This document shows, in pieces, positions 14,225 through 28,369 of a stretch of 64,000 bases of DNA (position 1 is the first letter of the stretch; the number at the start of each line of letters is the position of its first letter). The notes below the pieces were generated by a model. It did no database searches. It was given only the letters and a program-made list of their open reading frames with translations, and had not been told where the DNA came from. Made by a program: the position numbers and the translations under genes. This DNA comes from Mobula hypostoma (taxonomy: Eukaryota). The stretch is from positions 34,784,001-34,848,000 of the forward strand of contig NC_086108.1 of assembly GCF_963921235.1 (NCBI RefSeq), read 5' to 3'.

Positions 14225-14672
14225 ATAGATCCACAGAGAGTTGTAAAATTAGTGAGCTTCAACATGGGCCCTAGCCTCCATATCACCTAGGACATCTTCA
14301 AGGAGCAATGCCTCAAAAAGGTGGCATCCACCAATAAGGACCCCCATCACCCAGGTGATGCCTTTTCTCACTGCTACCATCAGGGAGGAGGTACAGAAAT
14401 CTAAAGGCACACACTCAACGATTCAGGAACAGCTTCTTCCCCTCTGCCATCCAATTTCTGAATGGACATTGAACCCATGAACACTAACTACCTCACAACT
14501 TTTTTATTTCCTATTTTTGCATTACTTATTTCATTTAACTATGTAATATACTATATATATTCATGCTGTAATTCACATTTTTTCAATTATTTTGTAATGC
14601 ATTGTACTGCTGCCGCAAAGACAACAAATTTCACAACATATGCCTATGATATTAAATCTGATTCTGATTCTG
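14225..14672 (+). mobile_element. 3' end of the same Rex-Babar-like family as 340-2883
   Basis: Clear nucleotide similarity to 2415-2880, including the (TCTGAT)n tail. Confidence 0.85.
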
Positions 14673-17600
14673 ATAAGACAACCTGCCCAATCTGTCTTTG
14701 TAAGACAACCTGCCTGTTCCAGCAATAGTCTAGTAAACCTTCCATGAAATATTTCCAATCCATTAATATTATTACTTAAATAAGACTGTACTATACACAA
14801 TACTCCAGGTGTAGTTTCTCAGTGTCTTTCATAGAAAAATAACCTTTCTCCATTTATGTTCCATTCCCTTAATAGTAATAGACAATGCTATTTTTTGCTT
14901 TCCTAATTGTACATGGCCTTTTGTGGCCATGCATCACATAAGCTCTTCAGTGTCTCACCATTTACACAATATGAATAGTTGACTTTTTTTCCCTGCCAAA
15001 ATGGACAATTTTCCTCACACTACTCCCCATTTGCCAGACCTCTGCCCCCTCAGTCACTTTGCATTCATACGTCCTCTTCACAACTTACTTCCTACCTGTC
15101 ATTGTGTCAACAGCAGCTTCATCAACCAACCATACCTTTCATGCCTTCATCCAAGTTACTGATATTCATAAAAGATTGAGGCTTGTCACCAATCCCAGAG
15201 GCACACCACTAGTTATATCTTACCAACTAGAGGAAAACTCTTCTAATGCTATCCAATAAGTTGGTCAAACCTGACTTCTCTTTCACAAACTTGTCTGACT
15301 TTTGCTAAATACCTTTATGTGTCCTACTATAACATAATTAATAATGGGTTCTAAGACGAAGGGTCTTGGCCCAAGACATAGGCTGTTTATTCCTCTCCAT
15401 AGATACTGCCTGACCAGCTGAGCTCCTCCAACATTTTGTGTGTGTTGCTCTGGAATACCAGCATCTGCAGAATCTCTTGTGTTTAAGGTTGTAAGATTTT
15501 CAATTGTTCAATTCAATGATTCAATGATTCAATTTAATATCAATGAATGTATACAGTATACAACCTGAAATTCTTACTCTTCGCAGAAAAAAACCCAAAG
15601 AATAAATGGCTGAAACGTCAGAGCCCCAAAGCTCCCCTCCTCCCTCCTCGCACATGAATATATAAAAAAAATCAAATCAAAACACTACATCTTTCTGTTT
15701 TCATATCTACAGTATTTGGAAAATAGAAAATGTAATTTCTTAATTCAGTTGTATGCGGTGTTCCCCAGATCCAGGGAATTTTAGAATCTGATTTACAGGC
15801 TGCTCAGTAATTGTTTAAATTGGCCAGAAAGTGTTTTAACTATACCCTTCTGAAAAAATAGCCTTTTATCCAAATTCCAGCTGAAGTCTGCAATCTATAG
15901 TTGGAGCAGAACTTTATATATTTACCGAAATATTTATTTTCTCCACCTCTTTCACACGCACATTTCGATTTATCGTTAGTCTTGTCATAGTGTGCTCACA
16001 AACCTTCCACAAGCAGCACCTGTTATGACTAGCCACACTGCAGTTCCATTGTTCTGAAATGGACACAGATTTGGCATTATTTGGTACAACTTTGGCTCCT
16101 CTAGATCAGTGTACAAATGACTGTAGATTTGCCAGATTGTATGCAGCAAAACCAGACAATAATAAAGGCTAAAATGCTGTTTGCTGCCTTAACTGCTTGT
16201 TCGACCTCCCTACTAACTTTTTGTGATTAAAACACTTGACTACTTCAATTCCTCTGAACTTCATTCATTTTCTTTCTCTCTCCATTTTGATGAGAATCTA
16301 TGTTTTGATTCCCCTTTTTGAAATGCATGACTTGACTTCCCCCATGCAAAACTGTATTTGCCCAGTCCCTCAATCAATCTGTATCCCATTGCAGAATCAC
16401 AAAGTCTTCCTCACAACTTGTACCATCAGTGTGGAGTAACTCCCAGGCCAGAACCTCAAAGAACTAAGGAAAATAAGAAAATGCAGATGCAAGAAATCTG
16501 AAAAAAAAAAGAAAAATACCACAAAGTAAAAAATAATGCAGCATTTGTGGTTTTAAAAAAAGTAAATGTTTCTATTTTGAGCCCCTTCATCAGATGACTA
16601 GTACTTATTAGTACAAATACTACCAGTACTATTAGTACGGCACGGACTAGAAGGGCTGAGATGGCCTGTTTCCGTGCTGTAATTGTTATATGGTTATATG
16701 TTATAAGGTTACTAAAGGTAGAAGCATTGGCCATAAAATCAGTCTATGTTCAGTTGGCTGGAGTTGGAATTGGCTTGGTAACTCCTGGGCCAAGAAAGGT
16801 AAAAGATCAGTTGTGGGTAGGGTTAATTGTGTGCCTTGTCAGCAACCAGTAATCTCTGTTGGAAAGTGCCAAGTGGACCAAGCATGATCGGGCTTGGTTG
16901 TGGCATCTCTCAGAAACCGATTGGTGTCTATACTTAGATAATAGGTATGTGGAGAGCTCTCAGCAAGCCAACATCCATGGAGTGCATGAAAACAAGTCAG
17001 AGCCTTCAGAGGGGAAGAGGAGAAATAATATTGTTACATGTACAGGAACTCAGCTATGAATTAAATGGCACAAATGCAGGATTCCCTGCCTAAACCAGTA
17101 GTCTATATTCCTACTGAAATGTTTTAAAAAAGCCTTCCATCCAGGCTTTTACCCAATGCCTCCTAATATATATTTTTTGTGTCAGCACCCGTTCTTGATC
17201 TGATTACCTGTCTGTAAAAATATTTCGGGAAGGTTTTTGAAGCTTAGTGCATGATTTACATGAAAATTCCCTTCATTGGTGCGTAACCGTGCAGAGCTAG
17301 ATAATGATAAGTTTAATAGCAGCTTATTCCATAATCATTGTTGTTCAAATGTTTTAAGGTAATTGAGAGTTTAAACATTTAGTGAATTTCTTAATATTTT
17401 GCTGCTTTGTTTTATGAAGGAAGACTTCTCATTGTCCTTTAACATATAAAAGTCAATTATTTGGACAGGTTACATTTCTCTGCAATCACTGTGTAAAGAG
17501 AATAAATTAATTGGCCTCTGCAGTATAATAGAGCAATAACCTGCTGGTCATATGAGATTATGAATATGGATATTTATTTCATATCTCTGTACCAGCTTCA

Positions 17601-18329
17601 AGCATTTTCATAGCAGATTAAAGGCAATTGGGACCACAATGTGGTGTTTTTATGCAGAAGAAATTTTTTTATTTGTATAATTAGAATTAAGTAATTTGTA
17701 TATATAGATACATTAAATACACCTGCGACAAATATGATGATGTCATCTGGTCATGTAAAGGGTATCAAGTTCCACTTCATCAGAGCAGTTTGAAAAACAT
17801 ATTATTCTCCATTTCCTGGCTAAGAGGTTCCTAAAATTAAAGAGAGATCATTAATAATAAAAAATGTGTGTTGCCATTCAGTACCTTATCGCACCTGTCC
17901 AAGGTAAATTACTTCTGATCCAAACATGGCTGTTCTAGGAAACTGTCAGTAATATATTACCGGGTACTGATTTATCAATGTATAGCCATCAAGTTCCAGT
18001 TTACTGTTTAGTTTCCACGGTATATAAAATTAGTTTTCATTTTCTGCACAGCTGGAGGAGCTGGCGAACTCTTGGCCCACTATTTTCAAAGCCTGAAGAA
18101 TGAGTTATGAATGCATTTGATTATACTAAAAATGTGTTGGTGCAGGCTTATATAGATCTCAGTTTGAATTAAATTACTAACATGGAAACTACCTTTTCTG
18201 AAGCATTGAGGTAAATAACCTTGGATAGTTAAATATTAGCTTAGTTTTGTGGTATGTGACTGCAATTATAAATAAGGAAGAAAAGTAGGGAGAAAGATAA
18301 ACCAGCTAGAAATAATAGATTCATCCAGA

Positions 18330-18965
18330 TCATAAGACATAGAATCAGAATTAAGCATTTGGTTCATTAATCCTTTTAACCCCATTCTCCTGCCTCTTGC
18401 CCATAGTCTTTGATGCCCTTCCTAGTCAAGAACCTATTAACCTTTTCCTTAGATCTACCCAATGACTCAGTCTCCAGAGCCATCTCTGACAATGACTTCC
18501 ACAGATTCATCGCACTCTGGCTAAAGAAAATGCTCCTCATCTCTGTTTAAAAGGGATGTCCTCATATTCTGAGGGTTTGCCCTCTAGTCCTAGGCTTCCC
18601 TACTATAAGAATCAACACCGCCACATCCACTCTATTTAGAGCTTTCAATATTCAACAGATTTCAGTAAGGTCCACCCTCATACTTCTAAACTCTAGTAGC
18701 GAATACAGGAATACAGGCCCAGAGCTATCAAACACCCCTCATATGTTAACACTTTCATTCCCGGAATCAGTTTCATGAACCTCCTCTGGACCCTCTCCAA
18801 TGCCAGCACATCCTTTCTTAGATAAGGGGCCCAAACTGCTTACAGTACTCCAAGTGTGGTCTGACCAGTCCTTTATTATAAAGGCTTAGCATTACATCCT
18901 TGCATTTATTTTCTAGTCCATTCAAAATGAATGCTAAAATTTCATTGGTTTTCCTTACTACTGAC
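18330..18965 (-). mobile_element. CR1-like LINE 3' fragment
   Basis: Similar to the young CR1 at 61860 (TTCCACAGATTCA.C.CTCT; ACAGTACTCCAAGTGTGGTCT). Confidence 0.75.
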
Positions 18966-19403
18966 ATAAGAGACTGCAGGTGCTGGAACTGGGAGCAACA
19001 GACAATCTGCTGGAAGAATTCAACAGCTGTTTTTTTTGCCAGGATGTCTATAAAATGGATCCAGCAGTATAAAAAAAATGGTCCTGCACCAAATTAGTAC
19101 ATTAATATATCAGGCATGTTTGGGTTCACATGCATGTATAAATTTAGTGTCCCCCTTTTCAGTTTGAAACTTGTAATGACATCCGCAAGTACTCTTGCCT
19201 TTAATTGTTGGCAGCTGAGTTGCAAGTCTATCTGTAGAAATCAACAGTTGTAACATTAATTAAAAAAACTGCAGTTTCCTTGAGGCTTATTCACCAACAC
19301 TATGAACCCCTATCCAACATTGATACCTGTTAGAATATATCATTGTCCAGCCAAGATAGCACAAGGACATATGCCCATATCAACCAGGCCGTGACAGGTT
19401 CTA

Positions 19404-19611
19404 ATGTTGTTGTTGTTCCACCTCATGGTGCCTTGTAGAACATTGGGCAGAAAACTTGACTTTTCTTTAGCATTTGTCTGCTTTTTTTTACAAGGCCGAC
19501 TTGCTAGCTTGACACTCTAGCACAGATGGAAGGAGTGCAAGGAGTCGGCCGGATTTGAACCAAGGACCACACTCCTCCAGGTCTGGGGTGGATGCCACTA
19601 CACCACCGGCC
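19404..19611 (-). mobile_element. tRNA-derived SINE, second family
   Basis: Minus strand GGCCGGTGGTGTAGTGG (A box), GGTTCAAATCC (B box) and (AAC)n tail. Confidence 0.75.
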
Positions 19612-19769
19612 AGCTAGGGTTCCAGTGACCATTGCACTATCACTGTAAAGCCTACCAGCTTAGTTATTTCCAGATTAACAGTGATAACAGAAACACTGCC
19701 TCAAGAAAATCAATACTAAAGATCTTAAGCACCCTACAGTGAAACCCCATCTCAGACAGCGCCTTAGAA

Positions 19770-20504
19770 CAGTGGTACCCAACCACCGGGCCGCAGACTG
19801 GCACCGGGCCGCAGAGCAGGTGCTACTGGGCCATGAGTAAATGATATGAGTCGGCTGCACCTTTCCTCATTCCCTGTCACACACTGTTGAACTTGAACAT
19901 GGGGTTGCCAACTGTCCTGTATTTGCCGGGAACATCCCGTATATTGGGCTAAATTGGTTTGTCCCGTATTTCCCCCGCTAAGGTAGAGTCTTCCAGTGAA
20001 ACCTTTCGTGCCAAAATGGCGTAAAGCGAAGAAGCAATTACCATTAATTTATATGGGAAAAATTTTTGAGCGTTCCCAGACCCAAAAAATAACCTAACAA
20101 ATCATACCAAATAACACATAAAACCAAAAATAAATAACACTAACATATAGTAAAAGCAGGGAATGATATGATAAATACACAACCTATATAAAGTAGAAAT
20201 AATGTATGTACAGTATAGTCGGGAAGATGAAGGCAATACCGATTGGTGGAAAAATCGGCACGTACGCAAATGCGCACGTCACACATGCGCACACAAGTGC
20301 CCGTGCAAGGCTTCATGGTCGTGGTAGTCTTTCCGGGGGTAAAGTGTCCCGGGATTTGACTGCTACTTTTGTCATTTGGGAGTGAGAAAGTTGGCAACCC
20401 TAACTGTAAAAGACACGTCGAGGTGAGTTTAACCCCACTTGAATACCACCCGCACCCCCCCCCGGTGGGCCGGTCCGCGGTGCCAAAAAGGTTGGGGACC
20501 CCTG
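19770..20504. mobile_element. Non-autonomous hAT (Charlie-like) DNA transposon
   Basis: TIRs CAGTGGTACCCAACC / CAGGGGTCCCCAACC (13 of 15 match); perfect 8 bp TSD CCTTAGAA at 19762-19769 and 20505-20512. Confidence 0.9.
19900..20402. mobile_element. Second TIR element nested in the Charlie-like element (hAT-like ends)
   Basis: 14 bp TIR T(G/A)GGGTTGCCAACT at 19900-19913 and 20389-20402; no TSD visible. Confidence 0.7.
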
Positions 20505-20639
20505 CCTTAGAAACAAATAGATCCATTAGAGTTTATGCCATTGTTAAGCAACAAGGATTCATTTCCCCAGTGCTTTCCCCAAACTTTCTTGCCAATGCAC
20601 TTCACCTCTACAAAGTTTCTTGCTGGAGTTAAGCTATCA

Positions 20640-21450
20640 CCTCTAGAACCAAGGTCACTCTGGCCCAAGACACCAAGCCACACTGTGCACGTCTGAGGCT
20701 GATTGCCAAGTCATTGTTGGCTTGTTCACAGAGATAGATGAGAAGCTGGACTGAAGACAAAGGTGATCTACCAACAGCCCCAATTGCATAACTGACAATG
20801 GAGTTTCCTATCAGTACTCTGGAAAATGTGACCACTGCCCACAAATTTGCAGCCACCTCTTAATGAAAATAGATATCTTTGAAGAAGTTCACCTGCAATT
20901 CTATGGCCATCTTGAGGAAAATAATGTGAAAATTAATACCTCAAACTTGGCCAGAGCTCCTGGTCTTGAGGGCAGCTGGGGTCCCCACCGCTGAGATTTA
21001 GACAACTAATATCAGTTACATCAAAGTACTGGAAAGGCACCACCAATGCCGACTCTGCCAAATGCTCCAAATCAAATAGCGGAATAAGGTCCTCTACCAG
21101 ACTGCTGTGTCCAGTACAGGGGGCTTAATTATATTCTGTTGGTTCTGTTATGTGGACTATATCATACGTGCAGCATTAAGATTGTGTCAAAATAGGCTCC
21201 CATTTCTGAGCTCCATCGTGTAAACAACCAAGTGGACTGAAAGACCAATTCAAGGACATGTTCAAAGCCTCCTTGAAAATGTATAACTATACCCACTGAT
21301 CCTTGGGTATCTCTGGTCCATGACCATTCGAATGGGGAAAGGTCATTTAGGATGATATTGGGAATTCAAGCCCAGTGTTATTATTGGAAAGACAATCCAC
21401 TATGCTTACTTGCCTTACCTGTGGCAGAGTCTGATTTCCCATTGGTCTTA
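20640..21450 (+). mobile_element. Highly decayed RTE-clade LINE fragment
   Basis: Remnant FKDMFKASLK resembling the RTE C-terminal KRFKDTLKASLK-type segment; no open frame. Confidence 0.5.
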
Positions 21451-21970
21451 GGATCTGAGGGCACGGCCTCAGACTAAATTGGACATCTCTTTAAAACTGA
21501 GATGAGGAAAGATTTCTCCAGCTAGATGGTGATAAACTTGTGGAATTAATGTCCAGAAGGCTTTGTAAGTCATGAACTTGGGTGCATTTAAGACAGAGGT
21601 TGATAGATTCTTTATTAGTAAAGTGATTAAGAGTTACAGGGAGAAGAAAGAAGAATTTATTTTTTAAACTCAGCCATAATTGAATGATGGTCCAACTTCA
21701 ATGAGTCAAAAGGCTTAATCTGTGCTTCTATATCTTATGGCCTTATCAGCTAATTCAGAACCCAGAGAAAAGGAGTGGAAGCATGTCATCCTCAATGCAG
21801 GAACATCTAAAAAGTAGTGTATTTGCAGGGGACGTCGCGTGATGACATGAGATTGAGACGTGTAAATCCAGCTCTCCCGCAACAAGTCAGTAAAGTACCG
21901 TTTAAACAAAACAAAGTTAGTAAATATTTTCTGAAAACTATTTATAAACTTTGTAAGATTACTTTACGAT

Positions 21971-23105
21971 ATGCCTCCTAAACCGCAACAAAAGAAGTCT
22001 GCTGTTGCGAAGCAGCCGCGAGACGGGAAGGAAAAAGGGCCTACTGCAACGATGAAGCCTCAGACTCAGGTTGGATCTCCTTTGGTAGAACAGGGAGCAA
22101 CGGCGGTGGCAACGGTTTCTTCGAAGAAGACACCGGTAATGCGCAAGCGCAAAGAAGAGCGCATGCGCAAACCGACACAACACAAACTACAAGAACCGAC
22201 AACCACTGCAATTGAAAATGACTCAGAGTCAGAATCGGATTCCGCAGAGAACATAGATGAAGAAGAGGAGGAAGAACTGGAAGCGATTGGAAGTAAAGGA
22301 GATGATAGTGATATCATCTCCTTTACTTCCAGAAGCTATATTGCAATTAACGGCTGAATTAAGAAAAGTAAGAGAAGAACTTAGAGATACGAAGATGTGC
22401 TATGATAAAGTTATGGCAAGAAAGGACAAAATGGATAAGAAGCTTCAGAAGATGGAAAGAGCAATGGGGCATATGAATGATAGAGTGGAAAAAACAGAAA
22501 ATGATTTGCTTGTCTGGAATTCGGAAAGAAACCGACTCTTGGAGAAAGTGGACATGTTGGAAAATTTTAGTAGACGTAATAATATTAAAATTGGTGGTCT
22601 TAAAGAAGGTATGGAGGGCGATAAACCAATAGAATTTTTTCAAAGATGGATCCCGGATGTTTCGCAAATGGAAGAGGAGGTTCGATCAATTGAAATTGAG
22701 CGGGCACATAGAGCTTTAAGACCAAAACCAAAAGATGACCAATATCCACGATCGATTTTAATAAAATTCTTAAGATTTCAAGACAAGCAAAGTATTCTAC
22801 AGGCAGCTACTCGAGCTGCCAAAGATAGAAAAGGGCCATTGATAATTGGAGAGAGCAAAGTTTTTTTCTGTCCTGATATAAGTTACGAACTTTTGAAGAG
22901 AAGGAAGAAATTTAATCCAGTGAAAAAAACCCTATGGGAGCATGGTTATCAATTTACACTGCGTTATCCTGCAACTTTGAAGATTTTTTTGTCTGGTGGA
23001 GAAAAAAGATTTTTTGATGATTGTCAGAAAGCAGAGCAGTTTGTGCGAGATTCTCTGAAAACTCACCAGACACAAGAACAAACCCAGGAGAGCGAGATAG
23101 ATTGA
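21971..23105 (+). pseudogene. L1 ORF1 (coiled coil-RRM-CTD), frameshifted near 22320
   Basis: Overlapping frames 21971-22357 and 22257-23105; motifs LENFSRRNNIKI.GL.EG, IERAHR and YPATL. Confidence 0.9.
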
Positions 23106-23573
23106 AGATGAAGATTGGGTTAGAGAATGGACTTGATGGATTTTTGAAGCGGTATGAATGTATAAATATATTATTAATTATACGAGAGGGATAAGAAAGG
23201 TTAAAACTGGAGGAATATTAGTTGGGAATAGTAATACTAATTTTGTCTATATGTATATAATGTTTTTTTTTGCGGGGGAGCTGGAAGAAGCACTGATCGA
23301 TTGCTACGCTATCATGTGTGCAAGCGTGGCTTTTGCCATGACCCGCAAAATGGAGGGGGGTAGTGTTGTGTATCCTTTCGTTCACAACATTAGTGGGGGG
23401 GTATTTTGCTTTTTTCTTTTTTTGTACTTTTTCTTTCTTCTTTTTTCTTTCTGCCTGGAAGGTTGTGAGGGAGACACATAGCAACATGGTGAGGTTTAAA
23501 GAGATTCCCCAAGGAACTATGAAAGTTGAGAAGATAAATAATGTTTTAGATTGGAGTAACTTTGTGAAGTATA

Positions 23574-26500
23574 ATGACTAATTTATTGAATTTTTTGAGT
23601 TTTCATGTTAATGGGCTTAATGGACCAGTGAAAAGAAAAAGAATCTTAACACATATTAAAAAAATGAAGATAGATTTAGCTTTTTTACAGGAAACGCACC
23701 TAACGGAAACAGAACATCAGAAACTAAAGAGAGATTGGGTGGGTAGTGTTGTTGCGGCTTCATTTAATTCAAAAGCGAGGGGAGTAGCAATTTTGATCGA
23801 TAAAACGTTACCAATTAGAATACAAAATGTAATAATTGATTCTGCGGAGAGATATGTGATTATACATTGTCAACTTTTCTCTGAATTATGGACTTTTATG
23901 AACATTTATGCACCAAATGAAAATGATGCAAAATTCATACAAGAAGCTTTTCTGAATTTGGCGGATGCGCATGAAAAAATATTAATTGGAGGAGACCTTA
24001 ATTTTTGCTTAGACCCAGTCTTAGATAGATCAACCAAGGCTGTTATAAAATCGAAGGTAGTAAATTTAACTTTATCATTGATGAAGGATTTAAATCTGAT
24101 TGATATATGGAGAAGAATCAATCCTAAAGAAAGAGACTATTCGTTTTACTCCCATAGACATAAAACTTTCTCAAGGATAGCTTTGTTTCTATTATCAATG
24201 CATATTCAACACAGAGTGAAAAATATGGAATATAAAGCAAGAATATTATCAGATCATTCCTCTTTATTAATGACAATAATAATGGCTGATAAGGAAGAAG
24301 TGGCTTATAGATGGAGATTTAATTCAATATTATTAAAACGTCAAGATTTTTGTGATTTTATGAAAAAGCAGATTCAATTTTTTTTGGATACAAATTTTCA
24401 TTCAGTGGATGATAAATTTATATTATGGGATGCGATGAAAGCATATCTTAGGGGCCAGATAATAAGTTATACGTCTAAAATTAAGAAAGAATATATGGCA
24501 GAACTAGATCAATTGGAAAAAGAGATTACAAAAATAGAAAAAGAATCTCAAAGATATATGTCAGAAGAAAAACGAAAACAACTTGTCAATAAGAAGTTAC
24601 AATACAATACGCTTCAGACATATAGAACGGAAAAAGCAATTATAAGAACTAAACAAAGGTATTATGAGTTAGGTGAGAGAGCACATAAAATTCTTGCCTG
24701 GCAGTTGAAAACAGAACAAGCTTCCAAAACAATAAATGCAATTAGAACAAGGGCAAATAAAATATCTTATAAACCTCTTGAAATAAATGAAACTTTAAAA
24801 AATTTCTATTCTGAATTATATCAATCAGAATCCCAAAATGATGTTAATGAGATAGAAAAGTTTTTATCACAAGTTTCTCTTCCAAAATTGAATTTGGAAG
24901 AACAGAAGGGATCGGATATGCCTTTTACATTAAAAGAAGTTGAAGAAGCATTAGGATCACTCCAAAGTAATAAATCTCCAGGAGAAGATGGTTTTCCACC
25001 TGAATTTTATAAAAAATTTAAAGATTTATTATTTCCTCTTTTTATGGAACTAATATGTCAAGCAGAAAAAATACATAAACTTCCAGAATCTTTTTCAACA
25101 GCGATTGTAATAGTACTGCCAAAAAAAGACAGAGATCCTATGAAACCAGCATCATATAGGCCTATTTCTTTATTGAATACGGATTATAAAATAATAGCAA
25201 AAATTTTATCGAATAGATTATCTAAATATTTACCAAAATTAATACATATGGATCAAACAGGATTTATTAAAACTAGACAATTGGCAGATAATGTAACTCG
25301 GCTACTCAGTATAATTCATTTGGCACAAAAAAGGGATGAGAAGAGTATAGTAGTAGCTTTGGATGCAGAAAAAGCATTTGATAGATTAGAATGGGATTTT
25401 TTATTTAAAGTACTAGAAAAATATGGGTTAGGAACATCTTTTATAAATTGGATTAAAACTTTAAATTCTAACCCTAAAGCTAAAGTGGTGACAAACTCTC
25501 AAATTTCAACACCATTCCAGTTAAAAAGGTCAACTGGACAAGATTATCCACTATCACCTGCTTTATTTGTATTGGCGATAGAGCCATTAGCAGAACTAAT
25601 TAGAATTGATCCAGATATTATGGATTTTAGAGTTAATCAGGAGGAATATAAAATTAATCTTTTTGCCGATGATGTTTTGATCTATTTAACAAATCCACAA
25701 TATTCGTTACATAAATTATCTTCTAGATTGGATGAATATGGGAAGGTATCAGGTTACAAAATAAATTGGGATAAAAGTGAAATTTTACCACTTACTAAAG
25801 AAGACTATAGTCAATGTCGATCAGTAACCCAATTTAGATGGCCGGTAAATGGTATAAAATATTTAGGTATAAGACTTGATAATGATCTAAAGAATTTATA
25901 TAAATTTAATTATTTACCACTGTTGGAAAAAATTCAAGAAGATCTTGACAAATGGATGATATTACCAATAACATTAGTAGGTAGAGTCAATGTTGTAAAA
26001 ATGAATATATTTCCTAGATTACAGTATCTGTTTCAAACATTACCAATACAATTGCCACAGAAATTTTTTCAAGAGTTAAATAAATGTGTGAGAAAATTTC
26101 TTTGGAAAGGTAAAATGTCAAGAATATCATTGGAAAAATTGACATGTAAATTTGGGTTAGGAGGGTTACTACTTCCAAACTTTAAAAACTATTATAAAGC
26201 AAATCAACTTAGATTTATTGCATCTTTCTTCGATGACCGAAAACCAGCATGGATTAAAATAGAACTAGACGAGATAGGAGAAAATAGACCTGAAGATTTT
26301 ATATATAAATGGGAATCTAAATTGATACGGGAAAAGAAAGAATCTCCTATATTAACACATTTGATTGATCTATGGAATAAGATAAATGTTGATAATGAAA
26401 CACAGAAATCTCTATTAGCAAGGAGACCTTTGTTCTAAAACAGACTTATTCCTTTTACAATGGACAATCAACTTTTATATAATTGGTACCAAAAAGGGAT

Positions 26501-27350
26501 TAAATTTATAGGAGACTGTTTTGAACGAGGTATATTGATGTCATTTGAACAATTAAAGGATAAATATAAAATATCTAATAATACTTTCTTCTGTTACTTT
26601 CAATTAAGGGCTTACTTAAAAGGTAAGCTGGGTCAAACAATGTTTTTGCCAAAACCTAATGACATTGAAACTTTAATTCAAAAAGGGAAAATTAAAAAAT
26701 TTATTTCTTGTATGTATAATTTGATTCAAGAACAGACAATTAAACAAGGAACCCATAAGTCAAAGCAAAAATGGGAAACAGATCTGAATATTATTATTGA
26801 TGAAACAAATTGGTCAAGACTTTGTCTTGACAGTATGACAAATACAATAAATGTTCAACTTAGATTAGTACAATATAATTTTTTACATCAATTATATATT
26901 ACACCGCAAAAAATAAATAGATTAAATTCAAATTTTTCTGATAAATGTTTTCGGTGTAATCAAGAAATTGGTACTTTTTTACATTCTACTTGGTCTTGTT
27001 TTAAAATTCAACCCTTTTGGATAAATTTAAGAATCTTATTGGAACAAATTACTGCAACTCAACTTCCACATAACCCTGTGTTATTTTTATTAGGTGATAT
27101 TGAAGGGATAAAACCGAAACTTAAATTGAATAAATATCAGAAAGAATTTATAAAAATTGCATTGGCAGTAGCTAAGAAGACTATAGCAGTTACTTGGAAA
27201 TCTGATTCATATTTAAGTATGGATCATTGGAATAATGAAATGACTAGTTCTATTCCACTTGAAAAAATTACTTATAATTTAAGAGATAAATATGTAACAT
27301 TTTTGAATATTTGGCACCCTTATTTACAAAAGATAGGATGGTATATTTAA
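23574..27350 (+). pseudogene. L1 ORF2 (APE endonuclease, RT, CCHC) with one in-frame stop at 26436-26438
   Basis: The 954 aa and 296 aa ORFs share a frame; motifs LQETH, NIYAPN, GDLN, SDH, SPGEDG, LDAEKAFD, FADD and C-x2-C...H...C. Confidence 0.95.
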
Positions 27351-28227
27351 GTGCTCCGATAAAGACTTTGGTCACTTGGGGAAAGTAACGAATAATTATA
27401 CCAAATTCATTTTGAATCCCATGGAGCATGTGGAAACCTCCCAATAACCAGGCCATTCTTTTTTTTTTCTTTCTTTTTTTTTCTTTTTCTTCTTTTTTAG
27501 GTAAGACTATATATGGGGGGGAGGGTAGATTCTTTTTTTTCATGTATTCTTTTTGAAAATTCAATAAATATTATATTTTTAAAAAGTAGTGTATTTGCTT
27601 AATAAAACAATGTTTTAGAAATCCCACTGATGTTGATGTCATGTAGGCCCCATTGTAGCGAACGCAAACTAGGTGCTCAAGAGAGTTTTACAGAGAGCAG
27701 CACTAGTTTAAGTAGCATTGGACTTGCTCTGATGGAGAAAAAATTCTCCATTCAGAGGGCAGTAACACTTTGAAGTTCTGCAAGGCTCTGTGCTCAGGCA
27801 GACAGCAGTAGGTTTTCAGGGAAACATGGAGCATTGTGCTAGTGTGGGAAAGTTCAGCTGCATTGCAGAGCAGGGACACAGGGCCTATTTCTGTTCGTGT
27901 GCCTCATGGGTAGAACCTGGAACTGTACGGAAACTGAAGTAAAGACGATTGATCATTTAAAGGTAAAGAAATGGGAGACAAACTAAGATTGCTTATTATG
28001 ACTGGGGTAGATGAAGAGTGCTGTGGAAGGCTCCAGATGTTGACTTCTTGGGCTGAATAGCCTGCTTCAGTACTGCACACTCCTTGCTAGTGTAGCTGTG
28101 TAAAGTGGTGCAACCTTGTTAAGGACGAGGAAGGATGAGCTGTCATTGGAGTCGGTTTTAGTTCTGACAGTGTGCCATTGAAATCCATCTGCTCACAGTC
28201 TTTTCTTTTTCTCACTCCCTGCACCAG

Positions 28228-28369
28228 AGTCAAGCAATGAGGATTGTGCGGACTATAGGACAGGCTTTTGAAGTGTGCCACAAGCTGAGCCTCCTGCACA
28301 CCGAGCAGAATGTACGCCGAGAGGAAGACCAAGAATGTGAAGAGAGTGTAGAAGCCACCAGTGTTTCAG
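28228..28369 (+). CDS. NOS1AP: Next coding exon of NOS1AP/CAPON, end of PTB domain
   Basis: Pyrimidine tract plus cag acceptor and donor CAG|gtatgt. 142 nt, phase 0 to 1: [47 protein letters not shown]. Continues the frame of the 4021 exon. Confidence 0.95.

Larger units (their letters stand above)
21827..27580 (+). mobile_element. Full-length L1-clade LINE, inactivated
   Basis: 18 bp TSD AAAAAGTAGTGTATTTGC at 21809-21826 and 27581-27598; short 5' UTR, ORF1, ~470 bp spacer, ORF2, AATAAA at 27563-27568. Confidence 0.97.

Noticed and set aside
16595..16642. AGTACT-rich quasi-palindromic patch
   Set aside because: Short, and located at a junction between repeat fragments; consistent with insertion filler.
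17730..17830. C/D snoRNA (ATGATGA box C)
   Set aside because: No CTGA D box or terminal stem at a suitable distance.
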